A DNA stretch of 64,000 nt from Podospora anserina (Eukaryota), in the NCBI GenBank assembly GCA_017654855.1, contig CM030332.1, forward strand, positions 2,480,001 to 2,544,000, given 5' to 3'. Every line of letters begins with the position of its first letter. Position 1 is the first letter of the stretch. Positions 1-12,415 of this stretch are shown in pieces. The notes beneath the pieces were generated by a model. That model made no database searches. It was not told where the DNA came from and worked only from the letters and a program-made list of their open reading frames with translations. The translations under genes and the position numbers were made by a program.

Positions 1-1573
1 GTAGCGAACTACATTCTCAGACGACTTGAAATTGTATCTTCGGATACCTTCGCTTTTTTTTGCACTTTCCAGACATATCCAAGCTCAATATCAACATGCC
101 CCCTTCTTTTTGACATCCCTATCGCGCTCTCGTGGACAGAACAAGCCCAAGCAACCGCCATTTCTCTTTTTACTGGGTCGCTGACATGGTTGGACGTGTC
201 TCACCTCAAACTAGAGACGTCAGAGTTCGAATCAGACATGTCCCCAACTTCATGTCTTTTTCACAATCTCTCTTTTGCAGTCTGCAACTTTCACAAGATG
301 ATATAAGACTGCAGTTAATGTGGTGTCATTGCTAAAATGCCTTAACCAACTTTATTCTTACCTAAGTGCTCTTTCTCTCTTGTTCACATGTCAGCACGTG
401 CCGCCAGCCTGTGTCTGGGGTATACAGCCTCCCTTTCCACACCTTACCTCCAGCGACGTAGCGGAAAATTAAATAGGAATTTACCCTGTCCCCCTTCGGG
501 GGAAACACCTTCGCTTTTGTTCACTTTTTTTTAGAAGATCAACAAACAGATCTTCTCACCTCACGATCTTCAACACCTAACTACGCCAGCAAAGCTAGCA
601 GAGGCCACGCTGGGGCACCTCAACCCCTGGTCTCTGAGGACAGGTGTTGTGGCGCAGACAGCTGGATGCCAGCACAATGAAAATGTTTTTGAGCTTGGAC
701 GTCGCTGTTCGAATTCAATGACTTGATTATCTTTGCATGCTTTTGTTGAGTCAAGTTCGCTTTTAATGAATGCTTGAATGCACTGGGAGTTGATGTGTAT
801 TTTCTTGCGAGCGACAGAGGGTTGTTTTCTTCAGCGGTATGTACATATGATTGATCAACTGGCATGTTATTTGTAAGCTGGGTTTGCTTATCACATATTT
901 GATAATGGAAATCTTTATTTCCCTTGGAGCGGGGGAGATGTTGGGTAGAGCTGTCATACAGGAGATTGTGATGAACTTGTCGTGATGTCGACTGTGGAGT
1001 AATCTGTCAGTGACTGCTGGCTGGGTTATCCCCGGTGTAAGATGCTTAACTCCGGGGCTGGGTCTTGGCAGCTCTGATGGTGCTGGTTTGGAGTTGGCTT
1101 TATTGATCTTGAAGAGTCTGTAAAACCAAAAGGCTTGGTTTATAGAATGTTGTTTTTTTTGGTAACTTTTCGTTTCACCTCGCGAAGGCCATCATATTTA
1201 AGAGCAATATGTGTGTTGTGAATTGATTACAGTAAAAGTCCAGTTGTTCAGGGGTAAGGCAAGCTTTCATTGCTCCATGACATCATCAGCCGTGTTGTTC
1301 CTGAATGGCAGGCTCAACATCAGATTGGTGATCGGAGCATTTGGGAAGACATCCGCATCTTGCACGTGATGACTTTTCAACTTCTAGCGAGAAGAGACTC
1401 TTTCTTCACTGTAATATTTGATCTCTTTTACACACTTATAACACCGGACAAACATCGCTCTTATGCATCTACCAACCAGAAAAAGAACATACCGAGTTCC
1501 CAGCGCAGCCTCTCCTGACCCGCCTCCCTCCTTCTTGCAACCTCCTTCATACCCTCCTTAATGACACAGCAAG

Positions 1574-1600
1574 GCAGTATCAGCAGTATCAGCAGTATCA
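1574..1600. repeat. Tandem repeat (GCAGTATCA)x3 upstream of the PAF-AH gene
   Basis: Three exact 9-nt copies read directly. Confidence 0.85.
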
Positions 1601-1690
1601 ACTTCTCCGAAGACTTCCAAATTCGATATTCCTGAATGTCTACACCTTACTCTTAATACCTACCCCCTACCTTCACCCCGTCTCTCAACA

Positions 1691-3630
1691 ATGCCCTCAA
1701 GACCTGTATCCCGAGCCTCCCGAACTTCCCGCTCAAAATTACGTCCCTCCCTCGACCCCCACGCCTCCCGCCCTCCCCCATCAGCACCTCACCCACCCCG
1801 CTCCTTCCGCGAACACTTCTTCCACTCCCTAACCCCTTACTCAGGCCCCTACCAAGTCGCCTTCCTCGAAATTGAAGTTACCGTCCGATCACCCCGTCAT
1901 TTCAGCCGCATCAAGCGCAATGGGTCCTACGCCCTCAAGCTCGACACCGTCCTCTTCGCCGTCTACTACCCCACCGACAACTCTGACCTCCCACGCAGCG
2001 AGCGGCGGAGTCTCCACCGCAGGTCCAGAAAACCATTATCCAGAGTCCCTTGGCTTCCTCGGCCCAGAGCGGAGACATGCAAGGGCTATGCGAGGTTCTT
2101 CAACGTGCCGTATATTCCCATAACGGCGTATATGGCTGCAACGAGTATGTTTACCAAGTTGCCTGTTTTGAGAAATGGGAGGATCTCGTCACGGTGGTCA
2201 CCTGCTGTTGAGGAGGATGAAGAAGAAGAGAAGGTTACTACGGAAAATATTTCTCCTGCGGAGGGCGGTATAGAGGCGAAAGAGGAGCAAGAAAATGGAA
2301 ATAGTTTGAGCCAGAATACACTTGTAGATGGCGGTGAAGCCTGTGAGGCAGATAAACAAGACGGCAAGCCAAAGTTCCCGGTGATCATGTTCAGCCATGG
2401 TCTTGGCGGGTCCCGAACACTGTACAGTTCTATCTGTGGGGAACTGGCCAGCTTTGGCTTCGTGGTTGTCGCTTTGGAACATCGCGACGGCAGTGGTGCC
2501 AGAACGTTTGTCAACAAGGCTGGTTCCGACCCAGATCTCGATAGTCAAGGCCTTGACAGATCGCCCGGGCCACCAAAGGACGAGAAGAAACAACATAAGA
2601 AAATAGTGGACAGGACAAGCCGTACTACAAAGTCGACTATATCTTCCCCAAAGATAACGCCCAAGATACTTCACCACACAACTCGCGTGGCATTGATACA
2701 GAGCTTCGTGAAGCCCAGATTGAAATGAGGATGGCTGAAATCGAGGAGGCTTTCCACGTCTTGCAGCTTATAAACAACGGAAAGGGAGATGCTGTGCGCG
2801 CAAGGAACCTTAGGAAGAAAGGGAATGTCGGTGCCAGCTCACTGGGGCTCGATGGGATCGACTGGAATGAATGGACAGAGAGGCTTTACTTGGAAAATGT
2901 GACAATGATGGGTCACAGCTTCGGAGGCGCGACCTCAGTGCAGGCCTTGAGGTCCGAAAGACTTGATTGGCTCTCCCAGGGCATCCTACTTGACGCATGG
3001 GGTCCGGCAACTCCTGAGAGCACGGAGCGGGAACGGCTTCGGAAACCGATATTGTCTATCGGGAGCGAGGCGTTCATGCACTGGACGGAAAATTTCGAGC
3101 GCGTCGAGCGAATATGCCACGAGGCCCGTGACGGAGGTGCTCCATGCTGGATGACGACGATACGAGGATCAACACACCTGTCCCAAACTGACTTTGCTGT
3201 TCTTTATCCAAAGTGGATGACAGTGTTTATGAAGACCATTGTGTCTTCGAAACGGGCCATATACCTGACGGTACACTCGGCACTTGAGTTCTTGAAAATA
3301 ACGCTGCCACCACAACAGACCCGATTCAAAAAGTCTTGGGCAGATGACCAACTTCTCAGCAAGGCCGATCCCGGGATGGAGATCGAACTGGACAACCGGC
3401 CAAATGACAAGTGGGTCGCCGCCCGGCTGAGAATTCCTCACGAATTCAGACAGCGGCTCAAGAGGACTGTCAAGCCGAAAAAGAAGTCCAATGTCCCACG
3501 GGATGCCTCGGGAAAGCCCCTGAAAGGTCTTGTCAGCTGGGGGGTTGGGCAGGAAATCTGGTGCCATCAACGCCCTGAGCAAGATGTGCTTGACCGGTAC
3601 ATGGAAGAAAACGGTTGGTCGCCTCAATAA
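1691..3630 (+). CDS. Platelet-activating-factor acetylhydrolase family alpha/beta hydrolase, split by a -1 frameshift near 2600-2603 (possible pseudogene or assembly error)
   Basis: ORF 1691-2728 has [14 protein letters not shown]...[21 protein letters not shown] 2725-3630 has the GHSFGG nucleophile motif, LDAW and [10 protein letters not shown]. The second frame is already open from 2599 and reads [12 protein letters not shown]...[10 protein letters not shown]. Confidence 0.85.
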
Positions 3631-6230
3631 CTCGGAGAGCGCCACCATCCGCTGATCTCCCGTACGCCCAACTGTCCTGCACCCTTGAGGTTGTATCTCG
3701 TAGTAGGCTTGATAATGTATAGCGAGCAGCGAGGAGGGGGCATGATCTGCGAGTGTAGGACGGGTTGGGATGTGTAATAACTTCACTTTGGCGCGCCAAC
3801 CAACGTAAACAATCCGGACACATGAAAGCGACCCCGAGCTGGACAATGTTAACAATAAAGAAGAATGTATCTCGCAGCAAGGCTTGCCAGTGCCGGTCAT
3901 CCGGCCATATTGACATGCACCCCAATGTCAGAAATAGTAGCTCAAATAGTTCCCCAGGAGCGAACGCATGGAAATACAGCCAATGGCCATCTCAACCGCC
4001 CCCCTATGCCCAGGCGAGAGGTCAACCTTGGGTAGGGAGAAAATAGCAAGCGAGAGTGAAAGCTGGAGACGGGAAGCAAACGAGGGAATCCCAAAGACGA
4101 ACGCGTAATGCCCAATCTAAATGTCTTTCCAGGAAGGGGATGATACCACCACCATACCAGGAGCTGGGAGTTCAGTCAAGCGGGGGGATATTGCTCGCCT
4201 ACTGGAAAAAAGGACAGGATAAAAGGCGTGACCTGCTTGTACCTGGAAAGCTGAGGAAAGCAAACACGGCTTGGAAAGCCGGTATGGTGTGTGCTAACTA
4301 TGACGGACAGCTCGAGTCGCATCATTGAGTGCCATCGGCGGTTGGCAGGCCCTGGAAAACGAGGCTCAAAACCAAGCATCCTGCCCAGGCTCGGCGTGAG
4401 TGCCCAGGAGCGGTCCGAAAGAAAGGCGACGAGGCAATAGGCAAATGTTTGGAAAACTTCCGGAAGCAGTATGTATGCAGGATGTGTGGGTCTCAATAAC
4501 AGGGCCGCCTGCACCCATCGCGCGATGCAGATGATCGTCGTTGTGGGGTTGTACTTTCTTACTCAAAAGCTGAGGTTGTGAGTCTAGGTGGGCGGCTGAC
4601 GGAGAGATCGATCGGATACTATGGTGAACAGCGCCAGAATGACGCCATATACAGTCCGATCTGGTGAGTGTCAAGCCAGGTTGGCGAGACGGGACCGACG
4701 AAGCGTCGTTTTCTTACTGTCCAGAGAAGACTGTGTGGCTCCGAGACGGGCAACCAACTCATCGTCATGATCCCGCTGTAGTAGCGCTTCCTGCTCGTGA
4801 GGTTAGCTTCATCATCGGAAAAAGGTCACAGTCATTGGTCTACCGGGAGGTGTTTGCGCATCGGCCGGCGCTTGGGGAGTTGAACGAGCAGTTGTCGTGC
4901 CTTGTCTCACACATACCATCGGGTGAACTAATTGCCTATAGCCGCATTTGGGGTTTTCTAGAACCAGCATTCAAGGCTAAGCTAATCATGAGTCTTTGTG
5001 GAAGAGGTCCTTGGCGTGGTATAGGGAGTACATCTAGTTGCTGATGGCTGCAAGCAAACCGGGTATCGGGCGCAATGAAATCCGGACATTGAAATGAATC
5101 TCGATGAAGTTGATGTGAAAGCGAATGGCGAAGAAAGCTTGTCCTTGGGAAGCAAAGAGGCCAAGGCTGGGCGAGGAAGCTTAGGTGCTAAAGATCTCCA
5201 CTTTACCCCCCTGTGGCGTTCTGGGGCGGTCCGTTGAGAAGCCACTGGGCTGGTAACCAGTCATGCAGTCCTCTTCTACCTCACTTCGCAACGACATATC
5301 TTGTTGGGTATTAGATACAAGCAAGCAGTGTATGGCGGCATATAGTGTCTTCAAGTTTAGGTGTTCTCTGTACTCAAGCCCAACCAAATCAATCCCAGCC
5401 TACCTTACTTCATTCATCTAGACTCTGAATCCTAGTCATCATCGTTTCCGCACCTCTCAAATCATGCCTCGTTTTCTTGTGTCACCATTACCCGACAGCT
5501 CAGCTTTTTCCGCTTTGTGTAACACTTCAATAGAAGACGTTGTGTGCCATGTACGCGAACCCGAAGAAGCTTCTCGGCAGCCGGGAGCTTTTCAGCGGTG
5601 AATAACATCCTGCTGTCCACAACATCACCCTCGTGTTGTTCCTGCAGCGTACCTGACATGCTTGTCTTTCTATTTCCGCCATCGCTTGCCTGCATCGGAG
5701 TGGGTGAGGTGGCCCTCGCAGCTCGCCTTTGTCTTGAGACGAGCCCAAGATGCCACCCACAGCGGGAGGCTTACAACTTTTTAATTTCTTTCCGTTGGAC
5801 ATACACTACAATCAAACACTTCTTGGGCAGGTGGGAGACTCGAGAGTGTGACTCTATGAGCCACTGCTCCCGAGCGTTGCCACCGGATGAAAACTGCGTA
5901 GAGACAAGTCACTTTACCCGTCGCTCCAGAGCATCTTGCATTCACCCAAAGCTGCAGCGGATACGCGCGCAAAATTCAAGACACTCGTTTTCAGGTCTTT
6001 TCACTCGCTACAGGTCATAGTACGTACGCCCGTTTAGAATCCGGTATTGTACCCTCAAGCCGATCACCCGGCGTTTACCTCGTCGGCAAGTTGCAACCCA
6101 CTCAGCTTCCACACATATACATATCTCGCCTTGTGCTCGTCCGGGAACATCCAGTGTCTTTTTTCCCTCGAGGGTATCAGGCCACCCTGGACATCTTTTG
6201 GTAGAATCACTCCAGCTTTACTGGTCCGTG

Positions 6231-9200
6231 ATGGACATCTTGTTTTCTGTTTATGGCTCTGGGCCACTCCCCAAGACAGCCTTGGAGGAGGTTGAGCGCC
6301 GGACTGAGGAATTGCTCAAGTCTGGCACGTTCAACCATCTGGAGAAAAAGTCCAAGGTATGTGCGCCGCTATCCTGCCCCTTCCCGCTTGCTTGCCGTTC
6401 GGTGTTGTACCGTCCTGATTGCTGGGTGTTTCATGGCGCAGCATGTCTCTAACTTTGCATTTGTATGACTACAGCTGGACCAGCTACAAGAAACCTACCC
6501 TCCCTCCGTGCCATATTCTGCTACCTCCCAAGGAAGCCTCCCATCTCTCCAACTCCCGCGCTTCGACTCACCGCCTACGGACCGCAGTACCCCGATGCTA
6601 AGCCCAGAAACCAAGGGTGTTACACTACAATCACTTTCTATCACTATCCCACGATCCCCCGAAAGCCACTCACCGTGCCCCGGCACTGGCGAGGAAGACA
6701 GTGGATCAGAAACACCGACGGCAAATCTTGTATCTCCGCACAAGCAGGTCAAGTTTCTGTCTCCGGGCAACGACGAGGAAGCCATGTCAGATCAGTCGTC
6801 AATCTGCCAATCTCCCAGCTGGGAGAACTATGGCCAGCGGAAGAGGGAGAAGAAGCTCGAAGCCGAACGCCGGAAAAAGGAAAAGCTGCTAGCGGAGAAG
6901 GAAGCGAAGGCGTCGAAGAAACGTACCACCGCAAGACTCAGCAAACTCCCGCCGTCCGCCAGTACTCTGAACACCGGGGCACGAACAACTGGCTTTATCA
7001 GTCCAGAGCGCTCCATGTCTGATCCGTCTCTGATCACACAGCATTCACTGTTGCATCTCCAAACGGTCCAACGACCTGAGGGCAGCGGAAAGGCGGCGTC
7101 TACCGATAATCTTCAACCAAGCAGGCGTCACTTCCTCGCCTCCAGCGATATTGTAAACGGAGACAATGCTGCTCGGCCCAAGACGGCCACTCAAACCGCC
7201 ATACACAATACTCCCGGCGATTCGCACTTGGAACTGCGGAGATCTATCTCGGAGGGGCCTCTTCCGAATGTCGCAGCCATTCCATCGTCACTTTCACTAC
7301 ATCAGGATGGCCGGGTTCCAAGAGATATGTGTCCGCCTTCAGCCTCTAGAACACCAATGCTAAGACATATGTCTCCGTCCGCCCATACGAGAAGCAACAG
7401 CCTACCTCAGACGGCGGCTTCGCAGCCCAGAGGCCGCGATGGGCATAAAATAAATCTGACATCGGCAGGGCTGGCTGATGAGGAAGCGTTGGCGAACTCC
7501 AAGCCACAAGCTTCATCAAGGAGTAGCTCAAGTAACCCTAGACATTCGCGACGCTCCTCATTCACCCAAGACGCCAAAGCGGCAGCCATGAAACTCATTG
7601 GCAGAAGAGGCACATCTGCGACACGGAGCGACAACACGATAGACACCCAACCGTCAGGCATCGAGGCCGACTACTTTGGCGATGCAAACCATCCCCTCGC
7701 CTCAGGCTCAAGTCCCATAGAATCACATGAAACTGCGACCCGCATTCCTCCCTCTACATCTCACAGCACTGGAAGTTCTGGGGGCTTCTCGATGATTTCT
7801 GCTAGCCAGAGTAAAAGATCCCGAAGTCTCAAAGATGCGGCGAAGGCAGCACTGAGCATTGGAAAAAGACCTCAGCTCCAAACAAGCGCAACGACACACA
7901 TAGCAGGCCCGCCATATTTCTCATTTCGAGACCGTAAGCAGTCAAAGGTGTCCATGTCTCAGGAAGTGGGCAGTCCGAGTGTTCAGGATGAGCCACCCAC
8001 CCTGACATCAGTAGTAAGGCGTCAAGAACTAAAGCTTTATTTGAAGGTTCGGCATGCTAATGTGAAGCAGACCTCTGTATCTCAGTCTGGGGCACCTGGT
8101 TCTGTGGCCAGTAACGGAACAACAAGTCAAACAGGAAGCCGCGCTTCCGAAGGCTCGTCGACTTCAACTTGCTCCACCTTCGAAGACGGATCCTCTCTTG
8201 TATCGCAAACAATCACCCCGGACACATCCAGGCCTCAGTCTTCTGGGGGTGATTCTGCATTGGAGAATATTTTGACTCAAAAAGATCCCAATTTCCAAGG
8301 GACCGACTACACACAGTCTGCAAGGTCGAGTAAATCGACTACGCCTCGTCCTGGGAATCCAGAAAATTCTGGATTAAGTTCAGGTGGCGATGATGACTGG
8401 TGGAAAAGAGAGGCCATGCCAGTCGATCAAGATAATGATGCACAGTCTTTCATGACGTCTCGCTCGACTTTCGATGACACGGATGAACCTTCGCCAAACT
8501 CGTCGAACAATACAGCTGAGTTACCACTCAGGAACAGGACTGAGGGCTTGGAGTCTCGACTAGGCCTGGCAAGAAAACTACAATCGGCAGACGCATCTGG
8601 TTCACCAACCTACCCTACCCCGTTGCCGGGATCCTCTGTTGCACCTGCCATTGTGATACCGCCTCGATCCATGAAACGGAATCTTTCCATTTCTGATTCA
8701 GGTCACACATCTCCGTACATTGAGAGAAACACAGAAACTGCCCCAGCTCACTATGGTCCCGTTGAAGATGTTGCCACCAGACCTTTGAAGCGTGAGGGCG
8801 CAAATCGAAAGCAAAAAAGGGAGTTGAGGACTCGGGAGTATGGGAGCAACCAGTCTGCCTGGCACGGAAACGAGCACTCTGCCGAACCACATCCTTTGTA
8901 TTTGTCGACAGATTTACCCAGCCCACCCCTCCCCCCTAGATCAGGGACCCGAAGAAGCAAGCCTGTTATGGCTGCTGAGTTTCAAATACCCTCGAGCCCT
9001 TACTCAGAGGACTTCCCTGGGGACGATAGTGTTTTTGGTCCCAGCTCTCATGTGGAGCCATCACCTCACCCAAGCACCAGGTTTACACATCATAGCGCCG
9101 CCAGACCATCATCACAACCTCGAACACACTCTGCTCCAATTCTGTCTCCTGCGCCTATCTCAGCGCTGAGACCGCATACTCCATCGCCGCTTACTTCCCC

Positions 9201-9630
9201 GGGAGCACAAAATTCAGGTGGCGCTTCTAAACCTGGACCGGTATCTATCCTGAAGCCACCAAAGCACTCAGAGATATCATTGTCTGCACCGACATCGCCA
9301 GGCCAGCCTCCCACCCTGTCCGCACTGCCGAGACACATGCAACTGAAACCCGGCACCTCCAGTCGCACGCCGAGTACCGTCACAGAGTCACGGATGGCTC
9401 CCATAGCCAAAATGTTCGTCGAGTGCTGCAGCTGCAAGTTTTACCACGACATGCCATCCAAAATCTACGAATGCATGGCGAAACCGGACGCGGTGGTCGA
9501 GGACAGAAACCTGGGGATATCGGGAGCGATTACCACCGCAGTGAAATGCCCATGGTGCCAACATAGTATGAGCACCGGTTGCTGCGCGGGTTATGCTGCT
9601 GTTGTTTACCTCAAGGAGAAGTTGCACTAG
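6231..9630 (+). CDS. Large Ser/Pro-rich uncharacterised protein with a short coiled coil and a Cys-rich C-terminal domain; intron 6357-6474, probable second intron 8014-8070
   Basis: ATG 6231 (MDILFSVYGSGPLPKTALEEVE) splices via GTATGT...CTAAC...CAG in frame into the 1040-aa ORF. C-terminus is KMFVECCSCKFYHDMP...KCPWCQHSMSTGCCAGYAAVVYLKEKLH. Confidence 0.8.
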
Positions 9631-10746
9631 AGGGCTAGTCGGTATGTTTTGCATTTTTTGAGAGCGCCATAAGGGGCACATAAAATGGATTTCCTTGCTT
9701 GAGAGCTTGAGTTTACTGTAGCATGTTTTTTTCAGTATCGTCCGCATAAGATGGCGAAGAAAATGGAGGGAAAAGCCTGTCGTTTTCGCGATTCCATGTC
9801 TTACCTAGGTAGCTCATGAATAAAGTGTGTTCTCCGTTACGATACTTTCCGGCTGCATCTAGTATTCATGTGTATCATTTCAGCGCCAATGTATTTATTG
9901 TTTTCAATTGGCGCACACTCTGTCTTCGGATGCCGGCAAACATCTTCAATATCGAACAACTACCGCGACGCGTGGCTTTCTGATGATTCAAAATCATAAT
10001 ATCTGCGTGTAATAAACTCCAAAGCAGCTTTCCCGGCGGGGGATCAACGGGGTGCGGGATTATGCCATCTCGTTACTCATCCATGTTGTTTAGACTTACA
10101 TGAACGGTCCGGCAGTTGATGTCACCTATCAGATACATCTTATCGGTGATTAAGCCTAGACCCTTGGCAGCAGATAAGATAAGATCTCAATGACATCACG
10201 GAGCAGTTGCAAGGTGGAGGTCTCGGCTTTAAGGTTTCCTCTCGGCAAAAAGCGGGTCTTTGGTGACCCACAGTTTTTTCCCGCCAGCCGCAAGGGACAG
10301 ACTCCGTTGTCGGTTCGGCTGGTCGAGAATCTTCCGTGTGAGTGAGTGTTTGCCGTCAATGACGCCGAAAGGAAGAGGACCAATTTTTCTGCGTCGTTTT
10401 TGCCCCTTCGGATACCAATTGAGGAGAAGACCTCCGGTTCGGATTTTTAACTTTGCTTGTCATTGCGCCCTGCAGATACCTCTTTACTTTTGAGACGGGA
10501 AAAAAATATAAACGTCAATTTCACACATCCATTTTCCCTGCGCAAAGAATCCCCGATATCCGTCACACCCGCGCGCAGCACCACAGCTGCAGGACAAAGA
10601 GGTGTCCCGTTGTAACGGTTCCTGCTCCACACTTGCGTAGGTGTGGACTGGATAGGATCGCGAGGGGGAGGAACACATCTCCGGCAGTCCGCCCTGAGAG
10701 AGGGATTCCAGACGTTGCCGGCGACAGGCATCACACGGACAGACAT

Positions 10747-12181
10747 ATGGGGATGCTTTCTAGCGAGGCGCAAACTCCCGACTTCCGACAGAACCACAAT
10801 AGGATGGCCGGCCATGCCTCGCCATCGGTCGTAGTTGATACTTCAACTGATCCGGTCGAGATCACGACCGTACAGAAGATGCTCTCGGCCACATCGGGTA
10901 GCTTGATCACTGGTTTGTTAGGTATGTCTCCTCACCCATACACTTGTGATGAGCGCCACTGACGCTGACACTTCAACAGTAACACCTCTCGATGTAGTGC
11001 GAGTACGATGGCAAGCTCAAGGCCTTTCTAAGCCGCCACCACAACCCCTAACCGCCGACTTTTCCAAGCTCTTACTCTCGAGCTCCACGCCCTTTCGACC
11101 ATCCAGCCTAGGCGTGACAGCCTGCTGCCGCGAAGTCTTCTTCGCAAACAACAACTCCGAAATCTGCGTCGTCGGTCCCCGGGTTCACGGAGCCGGTGCC
11201 ACAGCAATCGACTGCGCCGTCGAGCACACCCAGCAACGAACCTTCAACTCCACCTTTGACGGTCTCCGCAAGATCGCTCGCAATGAAGGTATCACCACCT
11301 TATGGCGCGGTCTCTCCCCGACCCTCGTTATGGCCGTCCCTGCCAATATCATCTACCTAACCGGCTACGACTGGCTCCGTCTTAACCCCGCCTCCCCAAT
11401 ACAGCGCACCAGCGTCCGCGATGACATGGCCCCCTTGGTAGCAGGAATTACAGCACGCATGGTTGCGGCCGCCGTCGTTTCCCCCATCGAGCTGTTTCGC
11501 ACTCGGATGCAAGCCGCGCAAGGCGGTAGTTCCTCTGAGCACCTTGCCGAAACCCTCCGCGGAGTCAAGGACATGGTCAACACCCACGGGTACCGCTCTC
11601 TTTGGCGCGGGTTGACACTCACGCTGTGGCGGGATGTCCCCTTCTCGGGTATGTACTGGTGGGGATACGAAACCATTCGCGGGAAACTCACCGATGCCCG
11701 TGAGCGCGGGAGGTCGACAACTCTGGAAATGGACCTCGATCGTGACGCGCAGAGAAGCTCCAAGGCTCGCGCGAGGAGAAGAAGCCAAAGCAGGGAGAAC
11801 CACGCGGATACTTTCACGGATAGTTTTATTGCCGGCGCCGCCTCGGGTGCGTTTGCATCAGTGGCGACGATGCCTTTTGATGTAGGCAAGACAAGAACAC
11901 AAGTATTCAGGGACTCGGGGACATTAGCCAAGTCGGCGGTGGGCAATGCGGCAGTGGCACCAGAAGAACAATCGATGGGGAGACTGCTGTGGCACATCTT
12001 CCGGACGGAGGGGATGGGAGGGTTGTTTAAGGGTTGTGTACCGCGCACGCTGAAGGTGGCGCCGGCATGTGCGGTTATGATCAGCAGTTATGAGGTGGGT
12101 AAGAGGGTGTTTAGGGGGGTGAATGAGAGGAGGATGTTGAAGGAGGTTGGCGGTGGGGAGGAACCAGCTGCTGCTGCTTGA
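10747..12181 (+). CDS. MTM1: Mitochondrial carrier of the MTM1/SLC25A39-40 type; intron 10922-10979; start may be 10747, 10753 or 10804
   Basis: Three carrier signatures: PLDVVRVR, PIELFRTR, PFDVGKTR. Also EGITTLWRGLSPTLVMAVPAN, RDVPFSGMYW and KVAPACAVMISSYE. Intron is GTATGT...GCTGAC...CAG. Confidence 0.88.
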
Positions 12182-12396
12182 ACCACCCGCTTGAGCGGCT
12201 CCGACTACTCATCCATTACTTCTTCTTTGTCATATGAGCTGGGTGTGTGAACTCTCCACTTTTTTTCCCTGTTTCTATTAGCATCAATATTTTTCTTGTT
12301 GGTTTCATGGGGTTTCTTCAAGGATACTGGAATGATGGTTAGGTGGGCCGGAAGGAAGGGGGGTTTAAATAAGCATGTTTGGCGTTTTTTTGGGGG

Positions 12397-12415
12397 TTTT
12401 TTTTTTTTTTTTTTT
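12397..12415. repeat. Poly-T tract downstream of MTM1
   Basis: Run of about 19 T read directly. Confidence 0.8.

Noticed and set aside
183-242. tRNA-like segment (GACATG...GTTCGAATC...CATGTC with an internal GTCTC/GAGAC stem)
   Set aside because: The T-stem does not pair, there is no proper D-arm and it is too short; not a credible tRNA.
1-1500. Possible transposon or RIP relic in the AT-richer start of the window
   Set aside because: No terminal repeats or transposase/RT motifs, and CpA dinucleotides are abundant, unlike RIP-mutated DNA.
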